A stretch of DNA of 64,000 nt from Lingula anatina (taxonomy: Eukaryota; Animalia; Brachiopoda): NCBI GenBank assembly GCA_051362555.1, contig CM120640.1, forward strand, positions 16,368,001-16,432,000, given 5' to 3'. Below, one piece after another: positions 1-12,100 of the stretch; the stretch's first letter is position 1, and each line of letters opens with the position of its first letter. Position numbers and translations under genes: made by a program. The notes beneath the pieces are model-generated. The model had not been told where the DNA came from. It did not search any database and worked only from the letters and a program-made list of their open reading frames with translations.

Positions 1-3000
1 CCACAGCATAACTAAGTGGGGTCAGCATAGCCAGGACAGTGAATGCTATAACATTTTGGGCAAAGTTGCAGAACCCATCTATGAGAAGTAATATCACAGC
101 ACGTAACCAGTGGTCATGTTTAACCTAAAAACAAATATACTTCATTAAATCAAGTGCATTTATTGCACAACATTGTTTGCTTTCTGGGGCTGTTCTGAAT
201 GAGTTAAGTCACAATAGCTACTCAGCACTAACTCCATGGAGATTCTCACTGAATGCAATCAGATTAACACGCCTCTGTAAATCCAGGCCGCAATCAAGTT
301 TAAACGGCTATCACGCAACTGTGGTAGTGATGACAACCCTTTTTAAACTGACGCTTATTTTGTTTTTGCCAGCGACAGTATAGTTATTTATCCCCGGTGA
401 AAATGTTGTAATTCACGTTGTTTCCAATATGCTCATATAATCACCAGCTTCTCTCAAGGTATATTCAACTCAACTCAAAGAAGAGGAATCTTAGTCTGTT
501 AAGCTGACTGCATTTAGCGAGAGTCCCCATGGAGTTTGTGCGCAGTAGCTATTGCTACCTATCTCATTTAGATCAGCGCTTATGTTTGAAAACTGCATTT
601 TAGGATGTCTGACACATGCCCCAGCATTATGAGAATAACTATAAAAACAAGGCAGCAAAGCTGTCAAATTTACAGACAAAAAACAGAAAATAAAGATGCA
701 AAATAGGTCATTTTGTCAATTTTGATGCAATAATAAACTAGAGGATCAGAGAGGCGATACCGCCTCCGAATATTGTACCACCAGCTGGAGCAAGCGCATT
801 CGTATAGACCCCCACATACACAAAATAAGGGACACAGCCACCAGTCTTTTGCTTGACAAGCTGTAAAAATGCAATCAACAAGAATTTTCAAAATATGCAA
901 AAAAATATATCAAAAGTTCATCAAAAGGTAGGTGAAAGGTCAATTTCACAGTAAGATTGCCAGTATATGACTTCCTATTCAACTTCAAAAGTAACTTTGG
1001 ACCTATCTCTGCCAGTTTGGGAGATAAAAGGGAAGCAAAATTTACAAAGTTCAGTTCATGGTGAAAAGTAGGTCAAAGGTCAATTTCAAGGTCACATTTA
1101 GATTGCCAGTGTATGACTTCCTATTCTAGTTCAAAAGTAACTATGGACCTATCTCTGCCAGTTTTGGATATGAAAGGGAAGCAAAATTTGCAAAGTTCAG
1201 TTCATGGTGAAAAGTAGGTCAAAGGTCAATTTTAAGGTCACATTAAGATTGCCAGTGTATGGCTTCCTATTCAAGTTCAATAGTAACTATGGACCTATCT
1301 CTGCCAGTTTGGGAGATAAAAGGGAAGCAAAATTTGCAAAGGTTAGTTCATGGTGAAAAGTAGGTCAAAGATCAATTTCAAGGTCACATTTAGATTGCCA
1401 GTGTATGACTTCCTATTCTAGTTCAATAGTAACTATGGACCTATCTCTGCCAGTTTTGGATATGAAAGGGAAGCAAAATTTGCAGAGTTCAGTTCATGGT
1501 GAAAAGTAGGTCAAAGGTCAATTTCAAGGTCACATTAAGATTGCAAGTATATGACTTCCTATTCAACTTCAATAGTAACTTTGGACCTATCTCTGCCAGT
1601 TTTGGAGATAAAAGGGAAGCAAAATTTGGAAAGTTCATTTCATGGTGAAAAGTAGGTCAAAGGTCAATTTCAAGGTCACATTTAGATTGCCAGTGTATGA
1701 CTTCCTATTCAAGTTCAATAGTAACTATGGACCTATCTCTGCCAGTTTTGGAGATAAAAGGGAAGCAAAATTTGGAAAGTTCAGTTCATGGTGAAAAGTA
1801 GATCAAAGGTCAATTTCAAGGTCACATTTAGATTGCCAGTGTATGACTTCCTATTCAAGTTCAATAGTAACTATGGACCTATCTCTGCCAGTTCTGAAGA
1901 TAAAAGGGAAGCAAAATTTGCAAAGGTTAGTTCATGGTGAAAAGTAGGTCAAAGGTCAATTTCAAGGTCACATTTTGATTGCCAGTATATGACTTCCCAT
2001 TCAAGTTCAATAGTAACTATGGACCTATCTCTGCCAGTTTGGGAGATAAAAGGGAAGCAAAATTTGCAAAGGTTAGTTCATGGTGAAAAGTAGGTCAAAG
2101 GTCAATTTCAAGGTCACATTTAGATTGCCAGTATATGACTTCCTATTCAAGTTCAATAGTAACTATGGACCTATCTCTGCCAGTTTTGGAGATAAAAGGG
2201 AAACAAAATTTGCAAAGGTTAGTTCATGGTGAAAAGTAGGTCAAAGGTCAATTTCAAGGTCACTTTAGATTGCCAGTATATGACTTCCTATTCAAGTTCA
2301 ATAGTAACTATGGACCTATCTCTGCCAGTTTTGGAGAAAAAAGGGAAGCAAAATATGCAAAGTTTAGTTCATGGTGAAAAGTAGTCAGGCGGCTAAGTAA
2401 AGGTCAATGGTCAAATCCAAGGGCATATTTGAAATCTACACATATGACTTTTGGAAAGCCGTCTGTAGAAATTTTTCCCATAACCCCTTCCGTAGGGTAG
2501 ATAATTAGCATTTAATTTTGCCATTTTTGGACAAGGGTGCATTGCAATGAGTGCCACACCCAGACCCCAATACCGGCAAAGCCCAAATTTTACGTGGAAC
2601 GAGTTGAGATTATAGGTGACCTAAATCCAAGAGATGGGTACGGGGGCCCTTACCGTCTAGGAGGAGAAGCGGTAACGGTAGCCGTCCGGCGGAGCCGGCG
2701 GAACGATCCGGACGGGACCGAAACCATGTGTACCGCCAGCGCTCAGGCTGGTGGTACAATAATGCTTATAATAGCACTGTTAGTCAACACTGAATTTTAA
2801 TCATGTACAACAGGTAACATGGTCAATAACAGGAGCGGACCCAGAGATATATTTTTTGAAAGTATTCCAAAGTATCTATGTTGATCCATCCTCCATTTTG
2901 ATGGTCTTCCAACAGAAAAAAATAGATATTGGTCAATATAAACTTAAAAACCTGACCATCTTCTGGAAGACCCAGAAGATGGTCTCAATCCATCCCTTCA

Positions 3001-6000
3001 ATAAGATTACACTTTCAGGACCATGAGAGTTCAAATTCAAATGATGAAAGTCCCAATATTTGAAAAATGATGACAGTGCATAAAATAATATTACATAGTG
3101 TTCAAAGACATAAAAACCAATACAACTGCTTACGTGGAAATACAGAAAACGTGCAGAGCCTCAGGCGGATGAGAGTTAAAAGTCACAAATGCCAGTGTTT
3201 GAGAAAAAATTAAAAAGGAAAACATAACAAAACTAGAAAAGCACTCTGAGAGCGCAGACCTCTGCCAAGGCAGCAATTTTAGATTATTATTGATTATTGA
3301 TAGATTATTGATCCGAACCACCACTAAAAACTAATCATTGTCCTCCTTGACCCACTTCTGACAATTCCTGAAAATTTCATCAAAAGTGGTCCATAACTGT
3401 TTGAGTTATGTTGATGACAGACAAACAGGGTTGAAAACATAACCTCCTTAGCAGAGGTAAATATAATTCCAACTAGAGGATCAGAGAGGCGATACCGCCT
3501 CCGAATATTGTACCACCAGCTGGAGCAAGCGCATTCGTATAGACCCCCACATACACAAAATAAGGGACACAGCCACCAGTCTTTTGCTTGACAAGCTGTA
3601 AAAATGCAATCAACAAGAATTTTCAAAATATGCAAAAAAATATATCAAAAGTTCATCAAAAGGTAGGTGAAAGGTCAATTTCACAGTAAGATTGCCAGTA
3701 TATGACTTCCTATTCAACTTCAAAAGTAACTTTGGACCTATCTCTGCCAGTTTGGGAGATAAAAGGGAAGCAAAATTTGCAAAGTTCAGTTCATGGTGAA
3801 AAGTAGGTCAACGGTCAATTTCAAGGTCACATTTAGATTGCCAGTGTATGACTTCCTATTCTAGTTCAATAGTAACTATGGACCTATCTCTGCCAGTTTT
3901 GGATATGAAAGGGAAGCAAAATTTCAAAGTTCAGTTCATGGTGAAAAGTAGGTCAAAGGTCAATTTTAAGGTCACATTAAGATTGCCAGTGTATGGCTTC
4001 CTATTCAACTTCAATAGTAACTATGAACCTATCTCTGCCAGTTTTGGAGATAAAAGGGAAGCAAAATTTGCAAAGTTCAGTTCATGGTGAAAAGTAGGTC
4101 AAAGGTCAATTTCAAGGTCACATTTAGATTGCCAGTATATGACTTCCTATTCAACTTCAATAGTAACTATGGACCTATCTCTGCCAGTTTTGGATATGAA
4201 AGGGAAGCAAAATTTGCAAAATTCAGTTCATGGTGAAAAGAAGGTCAAAGGTCAATTTCAAGGTCACATTTAGATTGCCAGTGTATGACTTTCTATTCAA
4301 GTTCAATAGTAACTATGGACCTATCTCTGCCAGTTTTGGAGATAAAAGGGAAGCAAAATTTGGAAAGTTCAGTTCATGGTGAAAAGTTGGTCAAAGGTCA
4401 ATTTCAAGGTCACATTTAGATTGCCAGTGTATGACTTCCTATTCTAATTCAATAGTAACTATGGACCTATCTCTGCCAGTTTTGGAGATAAAAGGGAAAC
4501 AAAATTTGCAAAGGTTAGTTCATGGTGAAAAGTAGGTCAAAGGTCAATTTCAAGGTCACATTTAGATTGCCAGTATATGACTTCCTATTCAAGTCCAATA
4601 GTAACTATTGACCTATCTCTGCCAGTTTTGGAGATAAAAGGGCAGCAAAATTTGCAGAGTTCAGTTCATGGTAAAAAGTAGGTCAAAGATCAATTTCAAG
4701 GTCACATTTAGATTGCCAGTATATGACTTCCCATTCAAGTTCAATAGTAACTATGGACCTATCTCTGCCAGTTTGGGAGATAAAAGGGAAGCAAAATTTG
4801 CAAAGTTCAGTTCATGGTGAAAAGTAGGTCAAAGGTCAATTTCAAGGTCACATTTAGATTGCCAGTATATGACTTCCTATTCTAATTCAATAGTAACTAT
4901 GGACCTATCTCTGCCAGTTTTGGAGATAAAAGGGAAACAAAATTTGCAAAGGTTAGTTCATGGTGAAAAGTAGGTCAAAGGTCAATTTCAAGGTCACATT
5001 TAGATTGCCAGTATATGACTTCCTATTCAAGTCCAATAGTAACTATTGACCTATCTCTGCCAGTTTTGGATATGAAAGGGAAGCAAAATATGCAAAGTTT
5101 AGTTCATGGTGAAAAGTAGTCAGGCGGCTCAGTCCAAATTTTATCCAGAATTGTGCAAAAGATGATAACAGCATGAAATTTTCCACGATGAATGACCATT
5201 GGGTGTTTGTCAACCCCCTGATCTAAAATAGATGAACACCCAATGGTTATTCATCGGGGAAAGTTTCATGCTTTTATCATCTATTGCACAATTCTGGAAA
5301 AAATTTGGACTGAGCCACCTGACTATACCGTACTGCACATTTTGCTTTCACCACCAATATGTACTTTTTGATAGCGTAACTCGAAAACCGTTTGGAATAC
5401 AAAAAAACGGAGACCACCCCCAGTGTTGGGCTTTACATGCTCTACAAAATGCAAAAAAGAATGGGTCTCTAGCATTAATGGTTCCCGAATTAGAGACAGT
5501 TTTCAGTTTCGGCATCTTATGGCCGTTACTCCAGTGAAAATGCACCGATTGACCCCAAATTCACGGAGATGAAAGATGACCTGAAGGGTAACACTTTCCA
5601 ATAATATTATTGGTTAAGTCTGTGTAGTGTCTGAATAACAGGGCAAAAAAAAATTTTTTCATAAAAAATATTATTTTTTTGAAAATTTTGGCCCGTTTGA
5701 CCTTGAAGTAAAGGTCAAAGGTCAAATCCAAGGGCATATTTGAAATCTACACATATGACTTTTGGAAAGCCGTCTGTAGAAATTTTTCCCATAACCCCTT
5801 CCGTAGGGTAGATAATTAGCATTTAATTTTGCCATTTTTGGACAAGGGTGCATTGCAATGAGTGCCACACCCAGACCCCAATACCGGCAAAGCCCAAATT
5901 TTACGTGGAACGAGCTGAGATTATAGGTGACCTAAATCCAAGAGATGGGTACGGGGGCCCTTACCGTCTAGGAGGAGAAGCGGTAACGGTAGCCGTCCGG

Positions 6001-6105
6001 CGGAGCCGGCGGAACGATCCGGACGAGACCGAAACCATGTGTACCGCCAGCGCTAACGCTGGTGGTACAATGAAGCTGCTATTCAAACTTTTAATCTATG
6101 AGCTT

Positions 6106-6143
<38 letters not shown>

Positions 6144-6149
6144 CAAATA

Positions 6150-6196
<47 letters not shown>

Positions 6197-9100
6197 CAAT
6201 ATTACACAATGCTTAACAGCATAATAACCATCAGTTTTTTAATGATAAAATAAAACTATCATGGATATTCAGAAAATGTGTCTAGCCCATAGAGTTCAGA
6301 GTGACACTTTGAAAATCCCAAAATCTAAACAAGAGAAAACTGTATTGAAAAGAGTTTATTTCCATTTTCAACACCTTTTTTATATAAAACATAATAATCG
6401 ATTTACTGTCATTTTATATGATCAATTAAAAAATATCAATAGAACAAATTTAAATCTCCATTCTGAGATTCTTAACTTGAATGATTGAATGATTGAATAT
6501 GACAAACTGCAATGATATGAGTTCCTTTCCATTTTTGATACTTAATTACACAATGCACAATAAAAGGTGTACCGTCATTTTTATATAATCAACTAACAAT
6601 ATTGTTAAGAAGCAGAAAATGTCAAAACAACACTTTTACATATCTAATTAGTTCCATAATGAGTCTGTTAACATGCCTAAGAATTAAATCTGAAGAAAAA
6701 CCACTTATATACAAAAAGGCTAATAACTTCATCAAAACTTAACTGATCAAGCTTATTTTCAAACTTGATCTGTATACTAGTCAGACTGATCACTCCTGTG
6801 AGTTTCAAGACAAAAGGCTGATTGGATTTCCTTAAAATGCGTTATCAGTGTTGCATTTATGCTGAATAATGAAAAAAAACAGCATAACTTTAAATTTGTA
6901 AAAATAGTTCAATCAAGCCAATTTTCGAACTTGACCTACGTATTATTAATATTCATCAGTTCTCTAAGTTTCAAGCCAAAAGGTGAAATGGTTTTCCACT
7001 TATCATGTTATCGGTGCTGCATATATGCTGAAAAAAGTGAAAAAAAAACCATAACTTCCCTAAAAATGGCCTGATCATGCTGATTTTCGAACTTGACCTG
7101 CGTATTATGAATATTCATCAGTTGTGTAAGTTTCAAGCCAAAAGGTAAAATGGTTTTCCACTTATCGTGTTATCAGTGCTGCATATATTCTGAAAAAAGT
7201 GAAAAAACAGCATAACTTCCCTAAAAATGGCCCAATCATGCTGATTTTCAAACTTGGCCTGCGTATTATGAATATTCATCAGTTCTGTAAGTTTCAAGCC
7301 AAAAGGTAAAATGGTTTTCCACTTATCGTGTTATCAGTGCTGCATATATGCTGAAAAAAGTGAAAAAACAGCATAACTTCCCTAAAAATGGCCCGATCAT
7401 GCTGATTTTCAAACTTGACCTGCGTATTATGAATATTCATCAGTTCTGTAAGTTTCAAGCCAAAAGGTAAAATGGTTTTCCACTTATTGTGTTATCGGTG
7501 CTGCATATATGCTGAAAAAAGTGAAAAAACAGCATAACTTCCCTAAAAATGACCCAATCATGCTGATTTGCGAATTTGACCTGCGTATTATGAATATTCA
7601 TCAATTCTGTAAGTTTCAAGCCAAAAGAAAAAACGGTTTTCCACTTATTGTGTTATCGGTAAAAGTGCACGGCGACGGCGACGACAGAAGCAGGTGATGG
7701 CTATATGTACAGACACATCTGTGTCTGTACATAAAAATCTAATGTCTTCTAAGACAACATCAAAAGGTACAACATCACTGAAATCTCATATTATTTATTG
7801 TGTGATTGATGATGGTTTTTCAACTCTGACTGGTCCGTCACCTGATTGACAGTCTTTCCTTCACTCTAATTGGCCATGGGTTGATGTTATGTTTGATGAT
7901 TACGTTAAAGGTAAAATATGAGTTATGTCAGACCTCAAATTCCTAGATATAGGACAGTATTCTATGTTAATTATGTAATAATAACAAAAACTTACCAAAG
8001 AATCATCCTTCATAATTCTCCTAATGTCATAAAACACCCAGACTGGGAAAAAGAACAGCATTGCAAGCCTTGCTAGCACCAGTAATAATCTGAGATGGTG
8101 TATACCTGTATCTTTTAAACACTGGAATGAGACGTGTAATATAATATTTAATGGATAAGTTATGGTCTATAAAAATGAGGTATGGCTTTTTAGCAAAGCA
8201 CCTGTAAACCACACGTAAATTAATTCTTTCTTTAAACTGAAGGAACAGTCTACTGAATTTCTACTGAAAATTATAAAATAACTTTTCTGTGAATAAACAA
8301 TCATCCACTGGACGCACATGAATTCAAAATAACATTGACATTGTTGGGTGAATGGACTACCAATCCCCAAGTGTCTCACTATAAAGGTCTAAGAAGTGAT
8401 AGAATTAGCTATTGTAAACACACTGCATATATGGACCGCCAAATTGATGGATGCATGGAATAATATGATCCCCGATTTTTCTTACAAAAATTCTAGGATA
8501 ATTATGATGTTATATGGCCTAGAGCCTTGAAATGAAGCTAATTTTATATAGGCTAAGTATATTTACTGTTTATTCAGTATGTATTAACACCTGTTCTACT
8601 GGTACAATAGCACAGCTGGTTAAAAATTACAATATTACTTTCATACTGCAAACAAAATTGTGTTGGTATTTACATTTAATAGATATTAATCAACTTGTTT
8701 GCACAATAATTTTAAAATGTTTCACTTCATTAGCAAAAAGTTTGAAAACTTTCTTTATGGTTTGATAATAATGACGTGTTTTTATCACTGAATAATATTT
8801 TGATACAGCCAGAGAGGCCCTAATGGATTCTGACAAAAAGGGATGAAATGAAATACTGATAGTAAATATCACATTTAAGGCTTTAAGTTCCATTAATTTG
8901 TCTCTTACTTTGCTTTTTTTAAACATATGGATAAAATTTAAGATTGATAAACATGAAAAAACTTCCATACAGACAAAAAAAAGAAATAACCTCTCCAAAC
9001 TGCTTTATCTGAAAACCAACAACCTTTTATATAGAAAAAAGAAACACTGCCTGGCTTGATATTATCAGTTGTGTAAATGCTTTCCCAAAATTAGCATATA

Positions 9101-12100
9101 TAACCATCTGTAACCAAGTATTTGTTTTGAACATGCTCAAGTATTACACCATAGAACTGTTTATGGCAACCACAAATATAGCTTGTCGCAAATAAAAAAT
9201 ATCCATCAACATTAACTGTGAACACTGCTTAACATGCACACACTGCCCCAAGATTATGAAACACATACACAGGCCTACCCAACTACCAGACTCAGCACAT
9301 AAGGATCCTGAATTAACCGGTATATTGGACCAAACTACCCGTTTTCAAGGTGTGTCAGATCACATTTCGAAGTATCATACCCCAGAACAAATTTTGTAAG
9401 ACGACCGTGGGCTCATCTTGTCAGTGTTCTGACTGATACTCCGAAATGCGATCTGACACACACTTTGAAAACAGGTAGTGTGGTCCGATATACCAGTTAA
9501 TTCAGGATCCTTATGTGCCGAGTCTGGTAGTTAAGTAGGCCTACAGAGATTTTACCAAGTTACACAAATAACTTACGAACATAACATCAAACCATGAAAT
9601 ATATATTTCATAAATTAACAAAAACTCCCACAAAATCAAGACAGGCAGCATTTCATTTTGTTGTACATACCTTTTTAGAAAATATATTTTGAATAGCAAA
9701 TCCCAAAGTTGCAGCTAAGGCACTTATCAAACCAATAACATCAAATGAAATCTCAGTGACTGTAGCAATATAAACCCCAGTGATGATAGGTACTAGGGAG
9801 ATATATACCTACAAATAGATGGAATACAGTTAATGCCCCTTTCCAAACCCCTGCACCAACACTGTTTTTAAGTGGTTAAGGTACTAGAATGCCTCTTTCA
9901 TATCCTCAATGAAAAAAATTGAATACGTAACTTTCAGGGGGCACACTCTAAAAATATTTGGCCCTCTTGTAGTTGACACAAAGTTTTCATAATCAGTTAA
10001 ATTGCAGCTGCCCCCTACCTAATTCAATTTTAATCTAAAGATATAAAAGAGGCATAATAAGACTTCTACCACACCAATTAGTACATTAAAAAAAAAAAAA
10101 CACCCAATGTCCACCGCTGAGGTCCACCTTCTGCTCTAGATATTCGTTCTTACCTTTTTACCAGCTATATTTTGAATAGTGGACACTAAAGTGGAGGCTA
10201 GGGCACTAATTAAACCAATCATATCAAATGAAAGTTCTGTAAATGTGGCTACCAATACTCCAGTCACTATAGGAAGCAATGATAAGTACACCTATAAAAA
10301 CAAAAATGTGTCGAAAACAAAATTAATCAAAAAAAGGACCAAATGATTACTTGTATGAACCACGTCAAGATTGTTTTACAAAACCAATCTTTGAGATCAA
10401 CATAAAAACAATATAAACAATATAAACCTATAATATATATTGTTATAGTCTTGTAAGAAAGATACATGCACAACTACATGTGCCAGACAAATAGACAATT
10501 CATTTAAAATGAATTCATTGACTTGCAAATAAAGCCACCAACAAGGCAAAATTCAAACAAAGAATAAGGAAATAAATATCTGCATTTAAAAGTAAACTGA
10601 AACAATTAATAATCCCACATCTTCAAAAACATTAACATATACTAGAAGTACCAATGAAAACCTGTGAAACAACATGCTCTTGGGTTTTCATTACAAGCTT
10701 TCTTATGAAAAATGCCGAAAATAACTATGATCCATTGAATTATATTAATCATTAAGCTGGTACTTATGTCAAATCATTTCCACTTTACCTGACCAGTGTT
10801 TAAAAAAGTTAACTATACCACACAGTTTCATTGCGTTATATCCAGGAAAATATCATTTGCACAGACATTTGCCGCTGACTTTCTGTGTCTCATGTACTAG
10901 ACAAAAACATGGGTAAAATTTACTACCAAAAATTATGTGAAATTTTTTGTTATAAAGCTGGTACTAATATTCAATATGAAAGAGGGAGATGGGACCTGCA
11001 TACATCATTACAAAGTTGCTTCTCCTGAAAATTAAAATGTCCATGCTGTTCATCATATTCCCAGTAACTTTTACCTTCAAACTTACCTTGGTGGTTTGCT
11101 TTTCATGCAATATTATTCTTGAAAGAACTACTGTGAACAATGGCATAGTAGCTTTTACTGGAAAAATAAATTAAGTCAATATATTAAACAATTTTGATTC
11201 AATATGAAAAAAAAAAATTCTCATCCCCAGAATGTCTACTTTCTGCTTTACACACACACACTCACAATTAAAATTGATAAATAAATAACTAAACAAGAGA
11301 CAGAATATACAGATTATATTTGAAACTCTGAGTTTCATATATATATATATATATATATATATTCTGTCTGTGGCCCAAAAACTAATGGCCTGTTACTGAA
11401 AATAAAATATAACTGAAAATAATTGTCAAGTCAAATTATGATTTGGCATGAAAATCATTTTATTTGTTACGCTTGGCAAATGCATGGTCTTGTAAATAGT
11501 TGGTTCTATATTTTAAAAAATTCCTCGAACTATTACCTTCTAAGTTCATCATATATCTTAAAGCTGTTTTGAGAATTTCAAACAAATATTTTGGCATCCT
11601 TTTTTGCAAAGTAATTTTGAATGAAAGTTGAATAAGTTTGACAGTAATGAGTAAAATACTTTTCTGATCAGTGATAACACCAGGTATCTATTTTAGCAAC
11701 ATATTAGTACATATTTTAGCTAGACATATGTACTTGTAGTATTTTTGTACTAATACAAGTAACAGAAAAAGACCTTAAAAAGACATACCTATGTCCCACC
11801 AAAATAAATAAATATCTTAATATGTTTTCAAATGAAACTTTGTTGGATAAATTAAAATTTTCAGTGCTTTTCATTTTTTTAAAGCCAGATGTCATATGCG
11901 TATATCCACCTCTTCTGGCAGATATATCCATTTTGATGTGAAACCTACATGTACATTTACATTTACGTACTCAGAACACGTAAGCAAAAAGTAAAAAAAG
12001 TTTACACACCTAATCAACTATATTTTTTATTATTTACACTACTGAAATACTTATGAGGTGGTGATTGAAATATTGCATGACAACACCTATTCAAATAACG

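Noticed and set aside
925-5116. CRISPR-like array
   Set aside because: Head-to-tail 146-bp monomers without unique spacers, in eukaryotic DNA with no cas genes.
670-6150. Repeated ORFs (670-900 / 3324-3635; 2537-2800 / 5848-6150; 3848-4090)
   Set aside because: They are translations of duplicated non-coding transposon ends and satellite units, with no recognisable protein motifs.
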